Notes under the pieces: generated by a model
Databases searched by the model: none
Seen by the model: only the letters and a program-made list of their open reading frames with translations
Told to the model about the DNA's origin: nothing
Origin: Aliivibrio fischeri ES114
GTDB taxonomy: Bacteria > Pseudomonadota > Gammaproteobacteria > Enterobacterales > Vibrionaceae
Direction: 5' to 3' (one strand)
DNA length: 32,000 nucleotides
NCBI RefSeq assembly: GCF_000011805.1
Contig: NC_006841.2
Program-made: the position numbers and the translations under genes
Shown here: piece after piece, positions 1-6,783 of the stretch
Position numbering within the stretch: the stretch's first letter is position 1
Layout: each line of letters starts with the position of its first letter

Positions 1-1085
1 TCAAAGACTAAAAACTCATTATAATCAGGCATTGAAAGCACCGAATAACGGTAACTGTAATTAAAAAGCTCAGTTGGTACAGAGCCTTGCTGTGATTCAA
101 AATACACCGTTAAGCCTTTGAACTTATCAAAGCCAGTGGCAAAAATGCCCTTGTATTCTAAATCAGGGAATTGATTCACTATCTGATAATTCCCCCCATC
201 ATAAGTGACGCTGTTATCTTGAAAGCAAATCCCACGAACACAAAAGCTAGGCAGCGAATGACTAGGAACTTGAGTAGAAGTAATGGTGCTTTGCTCATTT
301 GTTGAAACCTGTTTTTCATAATTTCCCCCTGTAATTAACTCATTATCATAAAGACCATAAAATGAATAAGAGAACAAACTTATAATGAAAAGTGACAGGA
401 TAACTATTTTTCTGTCTTTCCAGAAAGGCGTACCAGCTAACGTATCCCTAGCCTTGCCCGTTGTTGTGCTCTGATACATTTTAAAAACGTACTTAGGTAC
501 TTTTTTAATCTCTCTGGTTGTAGCGTGAGAGTCTTGTAAGCCTGAATTGGTAGCATCATGGGTTGTTAAGGTAAATTTAGCTCCTAGACCCATTGTGGCG
601 CGGTTAAAGTGCCTATAACCAATTTCCGCAGCGTCACGTATCATTCCATGAACCTTGCTAATATTCGGTGTTGTGAGGCAAATATCCCAACCATGGTGAC
701 GATGCATATCAAATGCTACCTCAAAAGTTTCTGGACGCCCTTCTTCGACTAAATCTGAAGGTGTATCAAGAGCTTTTAGGTTGGCCATAGTTAATTTAGG
801 CGACCAAATTCGACCGCATTCATCAATAAAAATAAACGCATCTTTAGGTGCCCAATGCCAAAACTTAGCAAGATGAATACGGCCATTAGGATGGTCCGTG
901 TCTACAAAAATAAAAACAATATCCGATTCATTAATACCAAGGTGTTTAGCGATAACCCCTAGCTTTAAACCACGGATATTAGTAACTATAGGACGGCCTG
1001 ATTTAATCGCAGGAAGAAGCCTAAGCCAGAGTGCTCCCGATGTTTTATAAGAGCCAGGCGCGCCATGATGAACAAAGATACTCAT
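1..1085 (-). CDS. zot: Zonular occludens toxin (Zot)/pI-like assembly ATPase, C-terminus truncated by window edge
   Basis: Reverse-strand reading MSIFVHHGAPGSYKTSGALWLRLLPAIKSGRPIVTN... with Walker A-like GxxGxxKT, IFIDECG Walker B-like and a later TM segment; ATGA overlap with the upstream ORF. Not in ORF track because it runs off the edge. Confidence 0.9.
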   Translation of the reverse strand, partial: MSIFVHHGAPGSYKTSGALWLRLLPAIKSGRPIVTNIRGLKLGVIAKHLGINESDIVFIFVDTDHPNGRIHLAKFWHWAPKDAFIFIDECGRIWSPKLTMANLKALDTPSDLVEEGRPETFEVAFDMHRHHGWDICLTTPNISKVHGMIRDAAEIGYRHFNRATMGLGAKFTLTTHDATNSGLQDSHATTREIKKVPKYVFKMYQSTTTGKARDTLAGTPFWKDRKIVILSLFIISLFSYSFYGLYDNELITGGNYEKQVSTNEQSTITSTQVPSHSLPSFCVRGICFQDNSVTYDGGNYQIVNQFPDLEYKGIFATGFDKFKGLTVYFESQQGSVPTELFNYSYRYSVLSMPDYNEFLVF

Positions 1086-1366
1086 AATTTAAAAACCTGA
1101 AGTGAAAAGCGAGTTAATAGAGCCTGAATTAAAATAGCAAATACTTTATCTAAACCAAGGTAAAACAGAATGCCACTATATTGTGGCGGTAACATATCTA
1201 TGGCAGATTGAATTTGAGGATAAATAGAAAACATAGAAACAATGTTATTAGATACATCCCAAAAGAATTTGATAATAAATAATTTGCTTTCTAAAAACAT
1301 CTCGGCTAATTCAATAACTAAAAAAGCCACACCATCAACAAACCAAGAGTAAATATAATCCAACAT
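1082..1366 (-). CDS. pVI-like minor coat protein (small hydrophobic inovirus protein, DUF2523-like/Ace position)
   Basis: 94 aa with several hydrophobic segments, located directly upstream of zot as in inoviruses. Confidence 0.7.
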   Translation of the reverse strand: MLDYIYSWFVDGVAFLVIELAEMFLESKLFIIKFFWDVSNNIVSMFSIYPQIQSAIDMLPPQYSGILFYLGLDKVFAILIQALLTRFSLQVFKL

Positions 1367-1372
1367 ATAGCG

Positions 1373-2578
1373 CTACCTTAAAAATATAATCATAGCTGCA
1401 AAGATATAAGCCGCAGCAAGTAATATCTTTCTAATTAAATCCAGATGCTCATTAAATACGGAAAAATCCAAACAGAAATTATAATCAAATGCATCGATAT
1501 AACTACAGAACGAAGGTATGGATGCATGACCAATAAACTCATGCTCTTTTGATTTTGATATTAACGATTCAATTTCATTTTTAAATTTAATTTTCGTTTG
1601 CTCATAACTATTTAATGCAGTTTGAATAGGAATAGAGCACGATTCTTGAGTACAGCTACCCATAACTAAAGAGCCTAATCCGCCTATTTCTGATTTAATT
1701 GAATTAAGAATACTTGTGTAATCTTTTCCACTCCCAGAGCCGCCGCTCCCAGAGTTCATATTGTCATTAATCAGCTTAATCGAAGCGTTAATATCTTGAA
1801 GATTATAATTGATATTTGAATTAGTCATTTCAAGGTTTTGAGAGAGGTTATCAATTTTATCATTAAGCTGAAGAAAGTTTTTATTATCAGAAGAATGAAA
1901 ACCAGAAAGTTGATCGCTCATTTGAATATATCGTTGTGTATTTCTATCCATAGATTCACGTAGATTTACATCTATAGAAGCTGCATATGATAACGTTTTT
2001 GATATATTCGCAGAATCTTGAGCAGAAAATACACCATTAGAATCGCTACCGCCGCCATCACCACCAGAACCCCCACCGTCACCACCAGAGCCGCCGCCAG
2101 TATCACCGCCCTGAATAAAGCCTTCAGCGTCACAGGATTTACCTAGGGCTTTAAAATCGCCAGAGCATAAACCGTTAGCGCAAGCTGGCAAAAAAGTAGG
2201 AGTAAATAAACACTTTCCAGAGCAATAATTAGGGAAATCACCAAAATCAGATTGTTTCCAAGAAAGTGATAGCGTTGAATTCAAGTCACATTCTGGTATT
2301 TCTCCACAAGAAGCCCCCGTTCTTTTATATTGAAACTGAAACCAGTTAAGTTGATCCATTGAATGAGGAGGAACATGGGAAACTGTTGGAACATGATAAA
2401 TATTTGCTTGGCAGTCTTGATGGCACAGCTTACTTGGAAACTTTTCGGCATTGATATCATTAGCTGAAATATAAATATCTTTGTTAAAAATAGAATCAGA
2501 AATACAAAGGCCGTAAGGATTTGTAGAAGAAAGCGCAGGTGTACTTAAAAAAGAAAGTAAGAATAAAAATACAAACAT
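1373..2578 (-). CDS. pIII-like minor coat/host attachment protein
   Basis: 401 aa, N-terminal signal sequence, Cys-rich N-terminal domain, Gly-rich linker GGDTGGGSGGDGGGSGGDGGGSD, C-terminal hydrophobic anchor; position between major coat and pVI-like. Confidence 0.8.
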   Translation of the reverse strand: MFVFLFLLSFLSTPALSSTNPYGLCISDSIFNKDIYISANDINAEKFPSKLCHQDCQANIYHVPTVSHVPPHSMDQLNWFQFQYKRTGASCGEIPECDLNSTLSLSWKQSDFGDFPNYCSGKCLFTPTFLPACANGLCSGDFKALGKSCDAEGFIQGGDTGGGSGGDGGGSGGDGGGSDSNGVFSAQDSANISKTLSYAASIDVNLRESMDRNTQRYIQMSDQLSGFHSSDNKNFLQLNDKIDNLSQNLEMTNSNINYNLQDINASIKLINDNMNSGSGGSGSGKDYTSILNSIKSEIGGLGSLVMGSCTQESCSIPIQTALNSYEQTKIKFKNEIESLISKSKEHEFIGHASIPSFCSYIDAFDYNFCLDFSVFNEHLDLIRKILLAAAYIFAAMIIFLR

Positions 2579-2588
2579 AAGATCAACA

Positions 2589-2606
2589 AAGGGGCCGAAG
2601 CCCCTT
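2589..2606 (-). terminator. Rho-independent terminator/attenuator with UUCG tetraloop
   Basis: Minus strand AAGGGGC-TTCG-GCCCCTT followed by TGTTG; GGGGC (2591-2595)/GCCCC (2600-2604) stem extended by 2 AT pairs. Confidence 0.65.
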
Positions 2607-2614
2607 CCTATTAA

Positions 2615-2692
2615 TTAAACTAAATAAAGACCTGATATAAACCCAGTAATAACAACACCAGATGAAAACAGGCCAACACCGAGTTCTATCAT
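2615..2692 (-). CDS. Putative 25-aa inovirus mini-protein (pIX/pVII-like)
   Basis: ATG at 2692-2690 on minus strand, MIELGVGLFSSGVVITGFISGLYLV then stop; hydrophobic; immediately downstream of major coat gene; absent from supplied ORF track; end coordinate approximate by a few nt. Confidence 0.5.
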   Translation of the reverse strand: MIELGVGLFSSGVVITGFISGLYLV

Positions 2693-2693
2693 T

Positions 2694-2939
2694 TTATTTT
2701 GCTTTTTTAGTTAAGCTAATCACAGCAACAACTAGAACGATTAAAGCAACAACACCGAGAACCATTGGAGAAATTGCAGTTAACGTGGCAGTCGTTTTAG
2801 CAAGAGAAGCAGTAACCGCAGCAACAAGACCCGCGTCAGCACCATCACCGCCAGTAGCAAACGCAGGAGAAGCAGCAGCAAGCGCACCAACAGAAAGAAC
2901 TACTTTAGAACCGTATTTTTTAAATTTAGATTTAAACAT
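2694..2939 (-). CDS. Major coat protein (pVIII/Cep-like)
   Basis: 81 aa, signal peptide ending ASPAFA, predicted mature part of about 53 aa with acidic N-term, hydrophobic core and basic C-term (LTKKAK). Confidence 0.85.
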   Translation of the reverse strand: MFKSKFKKYGSKVVLSVGALAAASPAFATGGDGADAGLVAAVTASLAKTTATLTAISPMVLGVVALIVLVVAVISLTKKAK

Positions 2940-2941
2940 AA

Positions 2942-3073
2942 TTAAATTACTCTATTTTTAATTATTGATAATACAAGACTGGCAACCGCGCCAATCCCAA
3001 AAGAAGTGAAGAATAAAACTAAGATACTTTTAACCACTTCAAAATATAAAGCATCATTCCAAATATAAGACAC
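2942..3073 (-). CDS. Putative 43-aa single-TM inovirus mini-protein with GTG start
   Basis: MSYIWNDALYFEVVKSILVLFFTSFGIGAVASLVLSIIKNRVI then TAA; fills the gap between SSB-like and major coat genes; absent from ORF track; no strong SD seen. Confidence 0.5.
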   Translation of the reverse strand: MSYIWNDALYFEVVKSILVLFFTSFGIGAVASLVLSIIKNRVI

Positions 3074-3081
3074 GAAATAGA

Positions 3082-3408
3082 TTATTTTTTATTGTGCGGA
3101 ACTGAATCCCAAAGCGTACAAATAACATCTAAACCGATAATAATATTTTTTGTTGGGTCCTCTGGAAGTGGTTCTGTTTTTAATTCCACTAAAGCAGGGA
3201 AAGCAATATTTTTGATTTTATTTAAAAGTTCATCATTCGATTGAAATGGGATTTCAATTGATTCATGCCCAGAAGCTTCACCTACCCCTTTATCTGTTTT
3301 CCATTGTCGAATAGGTTTACCAACAAATAGATTTTTAATATCGTAAGGTTCATTATTTGATTTTGCTAAACCAACAGAATTTGAATAACCAAAAGCTACG
3401 ATTTTCAT
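3082..3408 (-). CDS. Probable phage ssDNA-binding protein (pV/RstB-position)
   Basis: 108 aa, located between replication initiator and coat genes; assignment mainly by synteny. Confidence 0.55.
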   Translation of the reverse strand: MKIVAFGYSNSVGLAKSNNEPYDIKNLFVGKPIRQWKTDKGVGEASGHESIEIPFQSNDELLNKIKNIAFPALVELKTEPLPEDPTKNIIIGLDVICTLWDSVPHNKK

Positions 3409-3410
3409 AT

Positions 3411-4565
3411 TTATTTCTCCAATATTTCAATCATTAATTTTTTATAAACATTGGGTAAAACAAATTTATCATTAAGCTGTATGCTATCACCGTCGGGATT
3501 TCCATTTGCTAAAATGCCGAAAGTTTTTTCTAAATCACCATTGAAGTGATTAGCTATATCAAAAAGTGTTTTACCCACTTGACGTCTAGCCCATCTAATT
3601 TGTGAGTGGATGTCTAGACAGGCTTTTTTTTTATTACTAACGATCTTTACTGGAGTACTAGAAATAATACTCGCAGAATATGCGCAGCTCCCTGCAAAGT
3701 AACCCGATATATTCAAAAGAACATCAATGGATACTTTTTTCAATTCAACTTCTGAACGAAACCAGAAGAAGTCTAAACCTAATTGCGCCGCTTTGTTGTA
3801 GATTCGCCAATACACAGTAGATTGACGATTCCCAACTTCAAACGATTCATTTACGATTTCACCATTAGGAGAAACGACAACACGCTCTCCCCCGTTAGGG
3901 GCACGACCAAAAGCAGACGTTCTGAAAGCATCATCACAATATGCCTTTTTAGCGTATTCACGGCCAAACATTTCATGAAAATCATCAATAGCTAAGTCAA
4001 TTCGAGATAAACGAGTAACACCAACAATAGTTAGCCACCAATGCAAGCGGAAACCATCCGTATGATTAAATACATGCTTACAACCTGCCCCCTCAATTTG
4101 AAAGAAACAAGTGCCGTTGTTACCACCTAAAGCAACAAAACCGACACGCTTTGTAGTGTTAGGAACGTAAAGACCAGCTGAATTTTCATAACCATTCAAG
4201 CCCTTTTCACGCCAGTTACCAAGGCGAAGCCCCAGAACGATTAAACAAAACACCTCTAAACGGTCATGCAACATCACATTAAATTGTTGTTTATAGATGT
4301 CCTCAAGCTTACGTTTTTTTTCTTCGTCGTTTTTTACTAGCTTGTAATTTGGTTTAGGCATCTTGCGAAACTTTAATTTTCGACCGTTTTTTCTACTTGG
4401 ATGCACAGGAACAGGAGCGAAACGCATATCTGACAAATCAGCTTTATGAAGATGACGCAAATCAACATAAGGGAATGTGAAAGAAAGCCAGTCACAGAAA
4501 ACGTAAGGAGATAGATTTGTATCTATTTCCTTAATTTCATCTAAATTTACTGTTTTCTTCGTCAT
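3411..4565 (-). CDS. Phage replication initiation protein, RstA-like
   Basis: 384 aa with SRIDLAIDDFH and VYWRIYNKAAQLG-type motifs of inovirus Rep_trans-like replication proteins. Confidence 0.85.
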   Translation of the reverse strand: MTKKTVNLDEIKEIDTNLSPYVFCDWLSFTFPYVDLRHLHKADLSDMRFAPVPVHPSRKNGRKLKFRKMPKPNYKLVKNDEEKKRKLEDIYKQQFNVMLHDRLEVFCLIVLGLRLGNWREKGLNGYENSAGLYVPNTTKRVGFVALGGNNGTCFFQIEGAGCKHVFNHTDGFRLHWWLTIVGVTRLSRIDLAIDDFHEMFGREYAKKAYCDDAFRTSAFGRAPNGGERVVVSPNGEIVNESFEVGNRQSTVYWRIYNKAAQLGLDFFWFRSEVELKKVSIDVLLNISGYFAGSCAYSASIISSTPVKIVSNKKKACLDIHSQIRWARRQVGKTLFDIANHFNGDLEKTFGILANGNPDGDSIQLNDKFVLPNVYKKLMIEILEK

Positions 4566-4582
4566 CTCGAAAACCTGTCAAG

Positions 4583-4619
4583 TAGTAATTTTCAGTCATG
4601 TTAGGGTTGAAAATTACTA
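4583..4619. promoter_or_regulatory. Perfect 12-bp inverted repeat in divergent repressor/rep intergenic region, candidate operator
   Basis: TAGTAATTTTCA (4583-4594) - 13 nt - TGAAAATTACTA (4608-4619), exact reverse complements. Confidence 0.7.
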
Positions 4620-4686
4620 ATGCCAAGCTACTATATGAAAAAACACTATTTATAATGGTCAAAATAACTCACTTTTGGAGGTCGAT

Positions 4687-5022
4687 ATGATAAAAGAACG
4701 AATAAAGGAACTTAGAAGTAGTAGAAATTTGACTCAAGAAGATGTTGCCAATGCCATGAAAATTGCAAAATCAACATACATAAAATATGAAAAAGGCACG
4801 CAATCACCTCAATTGGAAACTATCGAAGTGATGGCTAAATTTTACGGAGTCGATATATCTGAATTTTTTGACGAAAAAAAACCAGACTTAGATCTCCAGT
4901 TGATGTCGAAGCTAGAATTAATCAATCAACTAGAAAAAGATGAAAAGGAATCAATAATACTGATGATAGAGGGATTAATTTTTAGAAGACAAAATATAAA
5001 TCTAAGTAAAAGATTAGCTTAA
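4687..5022 (+). CDS. XRE-family HTH repressor (RstR-like)
   Basis: MIKERIKELRSSRNLTQEDVANAMKIAKSTYIKYEKGTQSPQLETIEVMAKFYGV; GGAG Shine-Dalgarno at 4677-4680 favours ATG 4687 over the TTG at 4675. Confidence 0.88.
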   Translation: MIKERIKELRSSRNLTQEDVANAMKIAKSTYIKYEKGTQSPQLETIEVMAKFYGVDISEFFDEKKPDLDLQLMSKLELINQLEKDEKESIILMIEGLIFRRQNINLSKRLA

Positions 5023-5065
5023 ATATGCGCTGTAAGGACGTACCGCGCGGAAAGTGACGGAGTTT

Positions 5066-5089
5066 ACCCCCGTAATACTAGACGGGGGT
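5066..5089 (+). terminator. Rho-independent terminator downstream of the repressor
   Basis: ACCCCCGT - AATACTAG - ACGGGGGT followed by TTTC; 8-bp stem. Confidence 0.8.
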
Positions 5090-5455
5090 TTTCTGATTAT
5101 TCGCGCCTCTTTCCTCCTCCTCAGTCTTCGTCGCTCGTCAATCGTTGCTTATAATCAAACAAAAATACCTTAAATATTTTCATAATTTGATTATTTAAAG
5201 AGCGATTCTGTAGGAAGTAGCTTTTTTCTTTGGAGAGTGATTTCCCAAATACACTAATCATCGGTAAGGGCTTTGAATGGAGCTGAACATCTCCACAAGG
5301 TAACAATGTAACTGGTGTGCAGTAGCTTTTGAGTTTTCGAATGTTGCAGTATGGGCAATTCTGTATGGCTACGCCATTAAAAATAACCTGGGGTTACGTA
5401 CGCGAGGGATTAGAATAAATATATTGACGTATGTTTTGATTCCTTTAAGAAAGAA

Positions 5456-5490
5456 AACCCATGGTGGGGTGTCGAATTCCACCATGGGTT
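5456..5490. repeat. 12-bp perfect inverted repeat (terminator-like or phage intergenic hairpin)
   Basis: AACCCATGGTGG (5456-5467) - GGTGTCGAATT - CCACCATGGGTT (5479-5490), then ACTTTTTATT. Confidence 0.7.
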
Positions 5491-5639
5491 ACTTTTTATT
5501 AACAAAGGATTACCGATGTTAATTTGAACCATTGTCAACATAGATTTATCGGAAGCAAAAAATCTATATTTATAATCCCATACATTAGCAACACTAAAAA
5601 CTAACATATCTGCAAAAAACACAACATAAAATGCAATCT

Positions 5640-5667
5640 AATGCGCATTATACGATTTATGTTACGG
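5640..5667 (+). other. dif/attP-like XerCD site, 6-nt central region
   Basis: AATGCGCATTA-TACGAT-TTATGTTACGG; left box and TTATGTTA core agree with recalled XerC and XerD boxes of dif. Confidence 0.75.
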
Positions 5668-5782
5668 GTTAACTTCAAAAAACGATTCTCACGATGAGCA
5701 TTAAAAAGGCCAGACAAGCTGACCTCCTAATTTAAAGCATATCCCTCGCCCACGTTTTGTATTCAGTTAAGCAGAGCAAACC

Positions 5783-5815
5783 ACTCAACATAAATCATGG
5801 GATATAATGCGCACT
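5783..5815 (-). other. Second dif/attP-like XerCD site in inverted orientation, 11-nt central region
   Basis: ACTCAACATAA-ATCATGGGATA-TAATGCGCACT; reverse complement AGTGCGCATTA-TATCCCATGAT-TTATGTTGAGT. Confidence 0.65.
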
Positions 5816-6011
5816 AAGGTATATTGTTACTACAGGGTAATTTATAGCTTCTGTCAGTGTTGAAACGCTGAATTTTATGTTTATTTTAACCTTCGTATTA
5901 TGTATCAGCCTTCACATAATTTAAAAATTGGCGTGATTATTTTGTCGCTTCTTCCAATACTAACTAAGCAACAACAATCATTCGTACGTAAATTATATGT
6001 GAGGTATACAA

Positions 6012-6290
6012 ATGAAAAAATTACTTTTTACATTGCTGTTATTGATGTTTTCTAGTTATTCCTTTAGTGAACACGAATCTGTGACTGTTCCAACTCAAGG
6101 ACTTAGTACTATTTCACCAACGTTAACAGAGCCAATTGAAATACCTTCCTGTTTAAAACAAGGCAATGAAAATTTGCAAGGATTTGAACGTTCGAAAAAA
6201 ACTGAGCATATGTCAGATGAAGAATTTTCAAGATCATGCAGCCTTTGGCCATGTGAACTTTGCTGCTATGCGGCATGTACTGGGTGTTAG
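6012..6290 (+). CDS. Small secreted Cys-rich protein, unknown function
   Basis: 92 aa, N-terminal signal peptide, C-terminal SCSLWPCELCCYAACTGC cluster. Confidence 0.6.
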   Translation: MKKLLFTLLLLMFSSYSFSEHESVTVPTQGLSTISPTLTEPIEIPSCLKQGNENLQGFERSKKTEHMSDEEFSRSCSLWPCELCCYAACTGC

Positions 6291-6300
6291 CTAGTTACTA

Positions 6301-6323
6301 AGAGCCAGTTTTGTACTGGCTCT
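6301..6323. terminator. Bidirectional terminator between convergent small genes
   Basis: AGAGCCAGT - TTTGT - ACTGGCTCT, 9-bp perfect stem, then ATTTTAT. Confidence 0.75.
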
Positions 6324-6342
6324 ATTTTATATTGAAATAATT

Positions 6343-6492
6343 TTAGTGGTGATCTCCACAATCTGAGTCATGAAACAGATTAAAATGTGGCATAGATATA
6401 TCCATTCCATGGCCTAGATGTCCATTAAATGCATAAGCGGTTCCAACTGATAATGCAAAAACGGCAGCAATTATTACGATTATTTTTTTCAT
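6343..6492 (-). CDS. Small exported His-rich peptide (49 aa), unknown function
   Basis: MKKIIVIIAAVFALSVGTAYAFNGHLGHGMDISMPHFNLFHDSDCGDHH; AAGGA Shine-Dalgarno 7 nt upstream; better supported than the overlapping 6425-6613 ORF. Confidence 0.65.
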   Translation of the reverse strand: MKKIIVIIAAVFALSVGTAYAFNGHLGHGMDISMPHFNLFHDSDCGDHH

Positions 6493-6783
6493 TATTTATT
6501 CCTTTTTTATGCAGATTTGACGTTTCATATTCATTATCCACGGTATTTTTCTGCATAAAAACGTATTTACTTTGCTTTACATAAGAATGAGATTTTTTAC
6601 CAACAATGCCCATTTTTAACCGCTTTTACCCATCTGGTTCACCTAATTGAAAACCACTGTTTACGTATAGGATACTTAAACCAAAAGAAATGAGAAAAAT
6701 TACAGTATTCTCACCGCAATCCTTTTTCTTGTGGTATAAACTTGCCATAATATAAACATCACTAAACAAACAGGCACTATTTT

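Larger units (their letters stand above)
1..5815 (-). mobile_element. Inovirus (CTXphi-like filamentous phage) prophage, left end outside window; right end placed at the dif/attP-like structure
   Basis: Gene order Zot / small TM / pIII-like / major coat / SSB-like / replication initiator / divergent HTH repressor, followed by XerCD-type sites at 5640-5815. Confidence 0.9.

Noticed and set aside
2662-2961. 99-aa plus-strand ORF opposite the major coat gene
   Set aside because: Exactly antisense to the well-supported coat protein; low-complexity Ala/Thr-rich translation is an artefact.
3783-3995. 70-aa ORF antisense to the replication initiator
   Set aside because: Fully contained on the opposite strand of a strong coding gene, no SD or family features.
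5121-5622. ORFs 5121-5306 and 5410-5622 as genes
   Set aside because: No convincing start signals, the second spans the 5456-5490 hairpin, and composition looks like translated non-coding DNA; kept only as part of an intergenic finding.
5624-5650. Overlapping inverted Xer-like site ACACAACATAA-9 nt-TAATGCGCATT
   Set aside because: Arises partly because TAATGCGCATTA is itself palindromic; noted, but the forward 6-nt spacing is the more credible site.
5806-5833. Forward-oriented reading of the second Xer site (AATGCGCACTA-AGGTAT-ATTGTTACTAC)
   Set aside because: The near-palindromic XerC core allows it, but the right half matches a XerD box poorly; the inverted reading has a much better XerD-type box.
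6425-6613. 62-aa minus-strand ORF MGIVGKKSHSYVK...
   Set aside because: Overlapping frame 6343-6492 has a good signal peptide and Shine-Dalgarno and explains the locus better.
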